Part shown: one piece after another, positions 38,912 to 51,480 of the stretch | Layout: every line of letters starts with the position of its first letter | Numbering within the stretch: the first letter of the stretch is position 1 | Assembly (NCBI GenBank): GCA_964016885.1 | Contig: OZ024741.1 | Coordinates: forward strand, 329,840,001 to 329,904,000 | Reading direction: 5' to 3' | Length of the DNA: 64,000 nt | From: Eledone cirrhosa | Taxonomy: Eukaryota | Position numbers and translations under genes: made by a program | The notes under the pieces: generated by a model | What the model saw: the letters and a program-made list of their open reading frames with translations, nothing else | Database searches by the model: none | What the model was told of the DNA's origin: nothing

Positions 38912-39135
38912 GTTGTTGTTGTTTAGCCCCCAAGTCAGCCCTGATTCAGCTGACTAATCAATGAAGGTTTTCTAGAGGTGACCACCACTTCTTCTTTTTA
39001 AAAGGCTGGTGTATCAAGGGCTACATTATTCAATGTGTCTCTATTTATTTTTAAAACAAAATGTTTCTCAGATGGTGGTTGTGATCTGTAGGAAACGTGG
39101 CTGCTATTTTCAGCCACATTGAAGCTTCCTCGTTG
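38912..39135 (-). mobile_element. SINE-like repeat with (AAC)n tail abutting the ZNF start codon
   Basis: Related copies at ~22550-22765 and ~54045-54210 (GGCTGCTATTT...; GGGCTAAACAAC tail). Confidence 0.55.
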
Positions 39136-39819
39136 TTTTAAGGGGGAAAATATTCATCAGGAAATCATCTTCCTTCATTGTTTTCTAGCTGTTTGTTGTT
39201 TTATATCAAGTTAAGGGCCAAAACACTTGCTTGAGGTGGGGTTTCTTCTCTGAAGACCTGTTGTCCAGCTCTTCTGAGAGTTTCTTATCACCAAGAAATA
39301 ATGAAGACACATTTAAAAATGCTGTTATTGATGTGTGAAAATTATTGACAGCAGATTATCACCATTAATAGTGGGCTGGAAACTTAAGATGATTCACCAT
39401 TGAAGGAGGGAGAAGAAATATATGAGATGGAGAACTGAAGAGGAGGTCATTAACTCTTAATGTCCTGTATTGCATGAAACCACATTAGCAAGACATTCAT
39501 GAAAAGTATAAAACAGAACTATGACAGTATCACATTAAAAATTGAAGTCTTTAGTCTAATACTGCAAATTTTCACAGCGATCTGTTCACTAGTAAAGATA
39601 CTATAAATATTTGAATTAACTCTTAATGTCCGATACTACATAAAAATCATTAGCAAGACGTTCTTGAAAAGTATAAAACAGTATCATGTGTGCAACACAT
39701 TAAAAATATTTTACTCTAATATTGTAAATTTTCACAGCAATCTGTCCACTATTAAAAATACTATAAACATTTGAATTAACAAACTAATTTATAGATATTT
39801 TCTACTAAACTATCCGAAG

Positions 39820-40103
39820 TCGTGTGCAAGAGAGAAGACTGCGTTGGTATAGATATGCATGGATGATGGTCATTGGGTGAAGAAGTGCTAGGAAATCCCA
39901 GTGGTAGAAAGTCACAGTAGAGGTAGACAGAGGAAGACCTGGGCAGAGATGGTGAGAGCTAATCTCAAGTCACTGAAATTCTCAGAGGAGATGACGAAGG
40001 AACGCGGCAAGTGGAGAGATGCTGTGCTGAAGACGACCCGTCTAACCCATGCAAGCTTGGAAAATGGATGTAAAATCGATGATGACGATGATGATGATGA
40101 TGG
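39820..40103 (+). mobile_element. RTE 3' fragment
   Basis: VQERRLRWY...RGRQRKTW; CCATGCAAGCTTGG...GATGATGA tail. Confidence 0.8.
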
Positions 40104-40429
40104 TGGAAGAGAAGAGGAAGATTAGTAATGAAGAATTTTGGAAAGACAATGTAGAAAACTCCATGAAAGATAGCTATAGTCTGTTCCAGGTCAAAGAGGT
40201 CAGATGTAAATGCTTCTCTGTTTCATCATGTGGCTGTGTCTGTTTCTGAAACAGAACAAGACATGTTATTGATAACTGTTGTTTAAGATTTAAGTGTGAC
40301 ACTAGAAATAGAAATAAGTCTTGACATAAAAAAAAACAACTTTGGGAAATTTGAAATTAAAAAAAAAAATAATTGCTACAATGCAAAATAATATTTGGTA
40401 ACTTATTAAATCAGATAAAATACCATGGA

Positions 40430-40600
40430 GATGGGAAAAGGTGCATACTTTCACCTTTCCTGTTCATTATTTTTATGAACAGGATTGACATGTGCAGAAT
40501 GGTTGGAAGTGGCATCATGATTGGTGGGTGTAAAATCAGTTGGTTGGAATTTGCAGACGATATGACATTATATGCGACTCATCATGATAGCTTCAAAATA
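40430..40600 (+). mobile_element. Short RT fragment (RTE-like)
   Basis: CILSPFLFIIFMNRI...LEFADDM in ORF 40373..40630. Confidence 0.65.
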
Positions 40601-41610
40601 ATATTTGAATGCACATGGCAAGGAACGTAATAATATGAGGATACAGACAGTAAGTGCATTTAGTAAGATGAAAATTCTACTGACAATTGAGTGTTTCATC
40701 TTATGGTTCCATTCATCTCTATTTTCACTCATGAAACTGGCTGTATAGAATATTGAAATCATGAAATTTTAACATTTTTAAGTAAGGTTTCTTTTTACTT
40801 GCTATCCAATTTGAAAATAATCGAAATTTTACCATCTCTGTAAATTCTTTGACTTGCTATCCGATTTTTCTTTGACAATGCATCTAAGTATATATGTATG
40901 TATATGGATGGAAAGAATCAATCTTATAACAAATTTTCTCTCACATCTTATACCATTGCGCCTATATAGTCATACAAACACGCATAATGTGGATACATTT
41001 GTCTAGACAATATCTTACCCTTGAATTTTTATGTTTCTGCTCCTAATGAAATTTTTTAATTTATATTGGTTGAGCTGACTTTAAGTTTTAATAGTGACTA
41101 CCTGTAGTACTTTGATTAACCTATACTTATGTCAGACAATATGATTAATTACTTTACGTATTAATCAATATTTTAATACATATATTTCTGCTCCTAACAG
41201 TAAATTTTAGTAGAGCTGAATCTTTGTAGACCAAATGCACTGCTATTTCTAGCATTCTCATTGGCCTGTCTATCCTCATATTATTACGTTCCTTGCCATG
41301 TGCATTCAAATCCTATTTTGAAGCTATGGTGACGAGTCATATCTAATGCGTTTAGTAAGATGAAAATTCTACTGACGATTGAGTGTTTCATCTTATGGTT
41401 CCATCCATTTCTATTTTACCATTTTATATGTGTATATATATGTGGCATGATCAACAAGTTTATAATAACCAGCTTTTACTTGTGGCCTAATTTTGCGTGT
41501 GTGTCACTTTAACGGCTTGACCGCATGCGTTGGGCAGGAAGCGAAATATTGACTTACGAAAGGAAGCGAAATATTGACATAAGATTTGCACCCTTATGGA
41601 ATGGAAATAA

Positions 41611-41690
41611 GCTGTCTGAAGATCTAATTCTTTCCATTGGAAATTCTCTGGATTTCCAATCTTTGGATTAGTGAAACTGTCGGTAACAGC
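41611..41690 (+). ncRNA. Type-I hammerhead ribozyme, canonical core
   Basis: gctgt-CTGAAGA-tctaat...ttggaaattc/tct/ggatttccaa...attagt-GAAA-ctgtcgg-TA-acagc; perfect 5-bp stem I, GUA cleavage triplet. Confidence 0.8.
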
Positions 41691-41764
41691 AATAGAACAG
41701 GTGAATATTTAAATCGTTTTTTTAATTTATTTAAAAGATTGTTTGATAATTGCTTGCTCCGCTC

Positions 41765-41799
<35 letters not shown>

Positions 41800-41820
41800 C
41801 GTGTGTGTATATATATATAT

Positions 41821-42027
41821 ATAACAAAGAAATTGTGGTAAGGAACCAGATGGACCATAACGCACCAAAGTACTCAATACTTAGGGTAGTAGAGTGGGTA
41901 GTAGGAACAAGTATAACCCCAACGGCAGAGCTCAAGCAGTTTCAACGGCTATTTCTGGACTAAATTTAGTCCAGAAACAGCCGTCGAAACGGCTTGAGCT
42001 CTGCCGTCAGGGTCATACTTGTTCCTA
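41821..42027 (-). mobile_element. Fold-back PLE-terminus element, copy 2 (126-bp palindrome 41902-42027 plus tail)
   Basis: Palindrome centred on CTAAA|TTTAG; tail GGTAAGGAACCAGATGGACCATAACGCACC shared with the other copies. Confidence 0.8.
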
Positions 42028-42037
42028 TATATATATA

Positions 42038-42929
42038 CAGGGTGTGTACGATATTTGTCCGCAATTTTCAACTGCTAATTTTATGCAAATTTTTTTTACT
42101 TCCGTTGTCACTCTTGTCTTCATAAAAACAGTGACTATATTTCTATTATTTATTTTCAGAATAATTGATTATGAATAATTTTGAACCTCCAAATTTGTGG
42201 AAGAGACACGGAGTTCTTCTTGGAATCCACACCGGGAGGACAAATATGACCTGAAGATCAACTCCCAGAACAACAGGTGGCTCGCTGTCTCATCCAAAGA
42301 CGTGCCCAGAGTCATGCAGACACAGTTTCCAGTGACAACATTGGTCTTAGGTGTCGTCAGCAGTCAAGGTGACGTCATGCCACCTCACTTCTTCCCTGAG
42401 GGCCTCAAGCTGAACACCGATGGCTACATCCATGTTCTGAGCGAGGTAGTAAAGCCCTGGATTGACCAGGTAGCTGCAGGTAGGCTGTACGTGTGACAGC
42501 AAGACTCAGTGCCCTGCCATACCAGCCGAAAGACCCAAGCCTGGCTGTCAGAGAACTTCGTCGACCACACTTCACCTGACATCTGGCCTCCCAGCTCGCC
42601 TGACTGCAACCCTCTCGACTTCTTTGTGTGGGGCACAGTGGAACGAGACACCAACAGATCTAGCTGCAATACGAAAGACGATCTGAAGGCCAGGATCATA
42701 AGTGCCTTTAGGGGCCTAAGTCGGGGGGCATTGACGAAGGCCTGTAGCCGGTTCTGAGGCCGCCTTGAGGCCGTCATCAAAGCCAATGACGGGTTTATCG
42801 AGTAAGATCCAAAGAACAAGTCATGAAGACAAACTGACCCAAGTTTGATAAATATATCTTAAAAAATAAAACTACTGTGTTATTTTTTCCTAGACAGTAA
42901 TCTTGCGAACAAATATCATCCGCACCCTG
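42038..42929 (+). mobile_element. maT (DD37D) transposon, internally deleted non-autonomous copy with both TIRs
   Basis: TA|CAGGGTG...CACCCTG|TA, ~26-bp TIRs; QQD-x37-D spacing (QQDSVPCHT...WPPSSPDCNPLD). Confidence 0.92.
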
Positions 42930-42949
42930 TATATATATATATAGTTATG

Positions 42950-43170
42950 TGAAAGGTAAACAGAAATAACAAAACAATCGGTACAGTATATGGAAGAGAT
43001 ATATTAGGTTAACGTTTGATATAGCAGGAAGAGCGTCTTAACGTTTTGGACGCTAGTCCTTCATCAGAAGAAAGAATGAGAAATAAGATAGATTGAGGGG
43101 ACGGGCAGGATGGAATTGGAAAAAAATGTCTTTAGATAAAAATAACAGGTCCATTCATGTTGACATCTCT
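42950..43170 (-). mobile_element. PLE terminal-repeat fragment with minimal hammerhead (43036-43071, G12A)
   Basis: Minus: tctt-CTGATGA-aggac/tagc/gtcc-AAAA-cg-TT-aaga; homologous to 60035-60260. Confidence 0.65.
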
Positions 43171-43313
43171 TATGTATGTATATGTATTCGGGAGTGAATA
43201 AGAATAATATTATCAATATTCAGTTTGTTTGCGAGCAAACAGCTTCATTAACACCAAGTGTGTTTTTTGGATGACCACAAAATTATTTTGTTCCAGCGGT
43301 AGCTGAGGAAAAC

Positions 43314-43354
43314 AGTCAACAATTGTTTCGGAGTTGTTGCTCCTTATCGAGGCT
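43314..43354 (-). ncRNA. Degenerate minimal hammerhead motif
   Basis: agcc-TCGATAA-ggag/caacaa/ctcc-GAAA-caattg-TT-gact. Confidence 0.45.
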
Positions 43355-43578
43355 TTGTATTCTAGTCACTGCAACCAGCTGGAACTGCTGAGAATACATA
43401 GTATTCTCAAATGTATACATCGGCTGATTAGCCTAATTTGCATACTGACCGATTTTATGGCTAGCTTTGCCGAAAATTAAAAACAAGATTTGTTTCGTTC
43501 TAACATGCGTAAGCACATGTTACTACCTAATTTTCAAATTCGCTAGTAGTTTGTAAACAAAGCCTGCTTTGCGTCTCC

Positions 43579-43609
<31 letters not shown>

Positions 43610-43656
43610 CCTGCTATGGTTATATAGCTTCTAATTGAATGGAACGAAGCATGAGT

Positions 43657-43727
43657 GGCGTGTTGGTGTAATGGTAACACATTGGTCCAGCAAACCAAAG
43701 ATGCGGGTTCGTGTCCCATGTATGTCA
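43657..43727 (+). pseudogene. tRNA-like cloverleaf (AGC at anticodon position), probable pseudogene or SINE head
   Basis: D-arm gtgt/acac, anticodon stem ttggt/accaa with 7-nt loop CCAGCAA, T-arm gcggg-TTCGTGT-cccat; weak acceptor stem, C33. Confidence 0.5.
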
Positions 43728-44149
43728 ATACTCATCCATTTTTTTCCATTCAGAGGGTTTTATAAAAACCAAACTAACAGACTAATTCTATGTAGTCAAA
43801 TATGGCTTAAGCACATGTTACTACCTAATTTTCAAATCCACTAGTCATTTGTAAACAAAGCCTGCTTTGTGTCTCCCTATTTATATATATATATATCTAA
43901 TCTAATCTAGGCCCATCTCACTCCTGTTGGAGGATCCCCTCCCTTGTTGACTTCCACTGCTTTGTTTGGTTTTAGTCATGTCTTCAGGTGTGTAGCTGAA
44001 CTCACATCATTTGGCCAATTGCGGGTTGGTGAGACTATTTAACCCATAGTTGTGGTGGATAGCTGTTGAGGAGTTCATTTGCCCTTTTAACAGCTCATTT
44101 TGTTGTGTTGCCGGAGTTCCAATTACCCTCCTCACCAGACTCACCAGTT

Positions 44150-44430
44150 TAGTTGCCATTACTCGACTATGAAGCAGATTGTACTGAGTTACATGGTACC
44201 AGTAGCAGGCAGAAACCTGACCTGACCAGACAAGACCAGGTTCTGGTGGGGGAGCCGGTTTAGTTGCCGACCACTCAACTATGAAGCAGATTGTACTGAG
44301 TTACATGGTACCGGTAGCAGGCAGAAGCCTGATCTGACCAAACCAGGAGTCGCTGACCTCTGGACCATGAAGTAGATTGTACTGGGTTAGATGGTACCAG
44401 TAGCAAGCAGAAACCTGATCTGACCATATA
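44150..44430. repeat. Three ~90-110-bp tandem repeats
   Basis: ATGAAGCAGATTGTACTGAGTTACATGGTACCAGTAGCAGGCAGAAACCTGA x3. Confidence 0.8.
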
Positions 44431-45309
44431 CTTTGATATATGATAAGCTAATTAGTAATAATAAGTTATGAGAACTTAATGAAATACTAATGTACTTACA
44501 TATAATTACAACACCAGTGGTCAGTAATTGGTATTGAAGTGGATGTGTAAATGGTCAAGGAATTTTAGGAATTTCATTGTTAGTTGTCTTTGAACTGTGA
44601 GTAATGGTATAGAAGAATGATGTTAGAAACTCCATCTGTGAAAATATAAAGGGTGATGCTATTAAGGATACAATTCAACCTCGTATAAGTGGGTTCAATC
44701 CCAGCTCTGTATTAACTAAAGTACTTGTTCAGCACCAGTTTATTTGGGACCTCACCATTCAGTTGTACTCCCCCCTCTCTCTGTCTCTTTCTCTCTATCT
44801 CTCTGCCTGTTTCTCTCTTGTTCAACCAGACACTCACTAACTTTATCAGTTCTGTTACACAATGACTGCATGACACAACTCCACATGTGACACAACACAC
44901 TGTGATACAAGAATCTTTGAGACACAACACCTTATGTGACAAAAGAGTCCCTGTATCATAATATATTGTGTGACACAACAGTCTCTGTGACAACACTAAA
45001 TAATGCAACAGTCTCTGTGTTACACTATATTGTATGACACACAAAGCTGCAAGAAATACTGCAAGATATTGTATCCTATGTACCAATGATCACTAATTTT
45101 CCACCACTTGACCATTATAAATACCTCTAATACACTTTTTCTTCTTCTTCCACTTATTCTTAAGAGGGTCATGGGGGCAAAGCCCTCAAGTACGCCTTCC
45201 AGTTAATCCTGTCAGAAGAAACTGTCTCCATACACAACAGTATTAATTGTAAATATTTACAATGTTGTGGCTACAGATATTTATTATTTCAGGTTAAAGC
45301 CCTGCTTAG

Positions 45310-46075
45310 GCTCGTAGATTGGCAGAATTGGTAGAGCATCAATCAAAAACAGCTGTGTTTCAAGTGGCCTAGTGGTAAGAGTGTTGGATGTACAATCGTA
45401 ATGTCATGGGTTCAATTCATAGACTGGATTGTGTGTTGTGTTTTTGAGCAGAACACTTCATTTCACGTCGCTCTAGTATATTCAGCTGAAAATGGGTACT
45501 GGCAATAACTGGGGGTTTAACTGTGATGAACTGGTGTTCTGTCCCGGGGGAAAGTCTTGTACTCTCAGTTGCTTCATGCCACAGAAACTAGAATAAGCAC
45601 TGGCCTGATGAGACTCTGGGCTCAAGACAGACAGACTGCAACCATTAGTTGGTAGATTGGCAGTGATCGGTAGAGCATCAAACAAAATGCTGTGTTTCTC
45701 ACCACCACTTCTACTACCATTAGTTGGTAGATTAGTAGTAATTGGTAGAGCATCAAACAAAATGCTGTGTGACAATTAGTTTTAGCTTTTTACATTCTGA
45801 ATTCAAATCCCACCAAGGTTAACTTTGTTTTCATCTTTCTGGGGGCAATAAAATAAAGTACCAATCAAGTACTGAGGTTGATTTAATCAAATTTGCCCTT
45901 CCCTTCTCTCCCAAATTACTATAATTGTGCCTAAATTGGAAACAATCATTATTGTCACTGATTTATTCAGACTTGTGTGAGTTCAAATCCTAGCAAGGTC
46001 AAGTTTATCTTTCATCCTTCTGGGAACGATAAAATAAAGTACTAGTCAAGTACTGGGGTTGATTAAATTTATTGA
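45310..46075 (+). mobile_element. Cluster of nested/tandem tRNA-derived SINEs
   Basis: Repeated GATTGGCAG..TGGTAGAGCATC heads, GTGGCCTAGTGG...GGTTCAATTC, GATAAAATAAAGTAC bodies. Confidence 0.7.
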
Positions 46076-47436
46076 CCTAGTTTTAAAATTCTTTGATGTT
46101 TTCCTCTAGTTTCACTCACTAGAAAGCAGTTATACTGGGGCATCTCTCTCAAGATTTTAGCTGATAATAATATTGATTCCAAAACTTATCTCAGTCAGCT
46201 ATTCATTTCATTGATCTATATTTATTGAAGGGTTAAGATACATTTGACCAAACACTGATAGATTTTAAACTAGCATTGTTGTTACCAAACACAAACACTG
46301 TTGCCTAAACATGGGTGTTACACATACACATGCACACAAATACACACAGACATATATATATCTGACAGACTTCCACAGTTTCCAATGCCCAATTACACTG
46401 AGAAGGTATTGATTGGCCAAGCCAAGGTTATTGTGTGTGGAAAATATTTGCCCAAGGTCGCTGTGCAGTAGGATCAAACCTAGATGTACATGCTTGCTTA
46501 GTAAACTAATTTTGCGATACAGCCATTCCTGTATAAACTTCTTGGCCATACAGCCATCATTATCATTATTGTTTTGCCGTCTGTTTTTCCAAGGTTGCAT
46601 GGGTTGGACAGATGCTTTTTAGCACAGCATCTCTTCACACGTTGCGTTCCTTCATCATCTCCTCTGTGAATCTTAACAATTTGAGATCAGCTCTCATCAC
46701 CTCTGCCCAGATCTTTCTGGTCTACCTCTACTGTGGCTGTCTTCCACTGGGATTTCATGGCACTTCTTCACCCAGTGATCATCATTCATGTGCATCACAC
46801 GACCATATGAATACAATCTTCTTTCTTACAAACCACTTTGGATTCCTCTTATACCCAGTTTCTCCGTTAGTTCATCCAAGATTTGCCTTTCTCTCACATT
46901 TACATTATACTTACAGCCATGGCTGTATTATCTTCTTAGCTACACAGCCATTCCTGTACAAACCATTAAACCATTTACATGGTTGCCAACATTCTGTCTA
47001 CTATATTGAATTCAGAAACAAATGCCATTATTCCATCATGGAAAGGCATGATTGTCTCAACTTTCAAAGGAAAACAAGTCACTTGCAGTGAAGTTCCAAC
47101 CAACCAACCTCACTATCCTCTCATATTATTAGATATATTATTTGAGAGGGTGGTGAAATCACAAAATAATTCACTATCAAACTATTTGAGTGGGTAGTAA
47201 AACTACAAATAACTCACTATTAAATATATTTATGAGGTTGGTGATTGTAAATGTGGTTGGTCTTAGGAAGGATATCCAGCTGTAGAAAACCTGCCAGACA
47301 GTCCTATACGAGCGAGACAACCAATCTTGCTTTAAGTGGGACAATTCCCATCTAAACCCATGTTAGCGTGGAAGATAGACGTTAAACGATGATGATGATG
47401 ATGACACATATAAAATATATATATATACATATACAC

Positions 47437-47470
<34 letters not shown>

Positions 47471-47728
47471 ATATATACATATACATATATAATATGTACA
47501 TATACATATATACATATACATATATAATATGTACATATACATATATGATACATATATATATATATATACATATATAATATATATGTACATATACATATAT
47601 GATATATATATACATATTATATATATATATATATACATATATAATATATATGTATGTATACATATATATATTATTTATATATACATATATAATATATATA
47701 TGTATACATATATAATATATAAATAAAT

Positions 47729-48008
47729 GAGATAATGAGATCGAGATCGTGTAGGTGTCACAACAACAAACACACAGTCCACGCTGTAATGTGGCCATGT
47801 TGGTAACGCGGTTAAAAGTTCCCAGTTCCACACTGTAAATGTGGTTGGTGTTAGGAAGGGCATCCAGCCATAGAAAACCTGCCAGATAGTCCTATATGAG
47901 TGAGACACGGTCACCCGACCAACTTTGCCTCAAGTGGGACAACTCCCGTCTAACTCACGCTACCGTGGAAGATGGACGTTAAACGAAGATGATGATGATG
48001 ATGATGAT
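47729..48008 (+). mobile_element. RTE 3'UTR-only retrocopy
   Basis: Near-identical to 60684-60960 and similar to the reverse complement of 5640-5870. Confidence 0.85.
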
Positions 48009-48089
48009 GGTGAAATCACAAATATCTCACTAATAAATATATTTGAGAGGGTGGTAAAATCACAAATAACTCACTCCATTGGAATAACA

Positions 48090-48920
48090 ATTTCCTTGAT
48101 TTCAATAAGGATGGTTTCTGTAATTTCAGGAATTGATTTACAGAACTTCTACAGTACTTGGATGACATTCTAGAAACTTTGGGAGAGAATTTCAACACAA
48201 ATACCATACACCTTTGACAGGATTGATCAATTGATCACAGCAACCTTTTGAAGAAATTATCCAACATTAGTCTCCATGGGAAGCCATCGCATTGGAATGA
48301 GTGTTTCTTGGTGAACAGAAACCCAACATGTAATTGGTGTGCAATCAAGCTCAGCGAAAGTCATTAGTGGTGTAGTGCAAGGAGTTTATTGAGCCCACTA
48401 CTCTTCATTATTTACACTAATGACATCATTGATAAATGGCTTCATAACTCCTCAGGGAGTCGTAGGAGCACCATATTGACATACAGTGTTTCTAGGGCAT
48501 TTTTAAACCTGGCATAGCCCATCTCCTCTCAAGGTAATTTTAACATCATAGACGTCATCAAACACAGTAAAATAAGAATCTTCACTGATGACTCTAAGCT
48601 TCAAAAGGGCATCAACAGAGAGGGACGCGAGACACACCTTCAATCAGATCTGCACACTGCTATTTAATAGGCAGAAAAAATATGCTGCTGAAATGAGGAA
48701 ACATTGAACTGAGAGCTAATGACACACTGGCATCAAATAACATCAGAGATCTCAGTATAACTGTTGATAACAACCTAAACTGGAGTACCCACATTAAACT
48801 CCAAAGTTGACATTGTCAACAGGTAGTGACCATAGAACCTTAAAACCTTCTAATTTAGATATCCTGTTACCATTATCCTTCTTTTCTATACCCAGTTTCA
48901 CCTTAAATACTGTTGGCCTG
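48090..48920 (+). mobile_element. Highly decayed CR1-group RT fragment
   Basis: Remnants of SGVVQG..LSPLLFIIY.NDI, IRIF.DDSKLQKGI, IRDL.ITVDNNLNWSTHI. Confidence 0.6.
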
Positions 48921-49509
48921 GAAAGATCAGCTGTGGTGGGATTTGAACATAGAATACAAGGGCATTTTTGTCTGGTACTCTACTAATTTTGACATTCAAC
49001 TCCAAGTCTAGTGCTTGAAGTTAGAAAGAACATCCAACCATAGAAACCAGAACAAAATACAGATCCGTATGAACATGTTGGTCTCTGGACTGACTTGTCT
49101 CATAATGTGTCAACCTGTCTAACCCATGCAAGAGTGGAAAAATGGACATTAAAAGGTAAACTTTACCTTTCATAACCGTTTTTTTCTTCTCCCACTTATT
49201 CCTGGGAGGGTCATGAGAGCAGGGTCCTCAAACACTCCTTCTAACGAGTCCTGTCAGAAGCAACCTTCTTCAGAGTCAACAAAATAAACATCTCTCAACT
49301 TAGAAAATGTCTCAAACAACCACAATCGATTGCTATAAATAATAGCTTGGGTAAAATAAATACCTTTATAGAAAAATGAAACTTAAATGTACCTCTTGAA
49401 AGTACAAAGTTTGATTCTTTGTAGCAGCTACTGACCACTTTTTCCCCATCTTTAGGAATATTTTACTCACTTATCTAAGCTATTATTTATAGCCATCAAC
49501 TATGGTTAC

Positions 49510-49715
49510 AGATTTTACAGGCAAAACCAACCGACAGGAAACCCAGGGGTAGACCCCAAGCAAGATGGTTGGACAACATCTATGAGCTCGGCTGGTCTCA
49601 CTTGGGGATCCAACCACATCAATTGAAGACAGTTGCTTCTGACAGGACCTGCTGGAAGAAGTGTTTGGGGACTTTCCTCCCACGACCCTCCCAGGAATAA
49701 GTGGGAGAAGAAGAA
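49510..49715 (+). mobile_element. 3' end of a second RTE-like family with (AAG) tail
   Basis: KPRGRPQARWLDNI...DRTCWK...LPRPSQE*; minus-strand copies at ~49184-49280 and ~45138-45235. Confidence 0.7.
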
Positions 49716-50045
49716 CTATGGTTATAGTTATTTTCTATATTTTCTAAAAATCTCAATCTACTCAACACTCTCATAGTTTATTTTCATGTCTCTTCCCTTT
49801 ATCATCTCCTTTCTGTGGTGTTGTTTCTTGATATCAGCTCTCACCAACTCTACCCACATTTCCCATGGTCTTCCTCTACCATGACTACCGTCCACCTGAA
49901 CCCTTGCCATTTCTTCACCCAACAATCATCATCCATATATATTACATATCTGAACACCTCGTATCTTCAGTTTTTCTTTCATCTCAACCCATGCTTCATC
50001 ATTCATGCACACTAACATTACATATCCAACAGAACATGCTCGATT

Positions 50046-50358
50046 TGATACCCTTTGCACCTAGAAAGTTTCCCTTCTGTGGCACAAGTCTGAGCAAAGC
50101 TGTTTGTGGAAGACCAACAGTCGCCCATGCATACCAGTCTCCCATCTCCACATGATCAATGTTGCCCAAAGGAAAGGCAAAGGCCAATACAGCTTAGCAC
50201 CAGTAACATCACAACTCATTTCTACAGCTGAGTAAACTGGAGCAACATGAAATAAAGTGTCTTACTCAAGGACACAGCACACTGTCTGGTCTGTGAATCA
50301 AACTCACAACCTCACAATTGCAAGCCCAACGCTCTAACCACTAAGCCATGTGCCTTCA
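50046..50358 (-). mobile_element. tRNA-derived SINE
   Basis: Reverse complement of the family at 27912. Confidence 0.75.
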
Positions 50359-50999
50359 CTTTATCATATACAACAAAGAAATGGCCAATGTTTCTGCTGT
50401 GTCTATACATTAAGTGGATAGATAGACAAAACAAATAGATTGTAGCAGGGCCTCTCTTAGAAATTTTGCAATATTGAACAAGACTGCTCTTAACCTACAG
50501 GTAGGGAGGGGAAAATCTTTTTTTCAAATTTAAGAGTGGAAAGAGGTTTTTATTTTTGGAGGTGGAGTATCAGATATTCATAGGCCTTTCCTCAGCTCTC
50601 TAGGCCCCAGACCAATGTACCCCTTATATACACTCTTATCGACCATAGTCAGTGGGTACCAAACCACTTAGCTTTAAGCAAGATGCATTGAGTTATGACA
50701 GGGATCAGCAACTTCTGTTTGTAATGGTCCACTTTGCAATTTAGTTTTGCCTATGGTCCACATGTATATCATAACTTACACATACAAATTTTAGAAAGTC
50801 CAAAGCCCACCGAGAACACTTCAATGACCTACATGTATATTATATCATATCTTACACATAAAAATTTGAAATGGTCTGAGGCCCACAGAGAACACCTCAA
50901 TGGCCTATATGTATATTATATCATATCTAACATATAAAGATTTGAAAAACTCAATGGCCTACATGTATATTATATCATATCTTCCAAATCCAAAATCCA

Positions 51000-51480
51000 G
51001 GGCTGTCACACTCTTGTTGGAGGAACCCCTCTTTGGTTGACCTCTAGGGTTTCCTATCTCTGGCAATAGCAGGCCATGTGGGGTCAAGGTATCGGGTCAG
51101 ATCATCACGCCACCCGACCTTTGGCTATCCTCTGATCTTCTCCACTACCTTGGTGTCTATCACTCTAATAGACCACCTGTTGTCTCTGAGACGAGAGACA
51201 TGGCCAGCTCATCTATGTTTACCCTTCTTGGAGGTCTTGATTATGTCCTTCACTCCAGTCTTCTGTCAAATCCAAGTGTTACTCTTCCTGTCACATAAGG
51301 TGATACCAAGCATAGTTCACTCGATTTTATGTTGGGCCACTGCAAGTGTCTCTGCAGTGGTGGTGTTGAGTGTCCACGTCTCACTTCCATAAGTCAGTAG
51401 CAGAACATATTCATTAAACTGCTTTCTTTTAGTTTCAATTGTTGACTTGGGACTTCCATATCATATCTTGCCTATGATCA
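51000..51480 (-). mobile_element. RTE-clade LINE 3' fragment (third family)
   Basis: Minus: YGSETWTL...MLGITL.DRKSNTWI...AGHVSRLRDNRW...GWRDDL. Confidence 0.75.

Noticed and set aside
43657-43727. Functional tRNA-Ala(AGC) gene
   Set aside because: C at position 33, four G-U pairs in the acceptor stem, imperfect T-arm and B-box; kept only as tRNA-like
44150-44430. Tandem repeats as ribozyme array
   Set aside because: CTGAG...GAAAC present but no CUGANGA core or consistent stems
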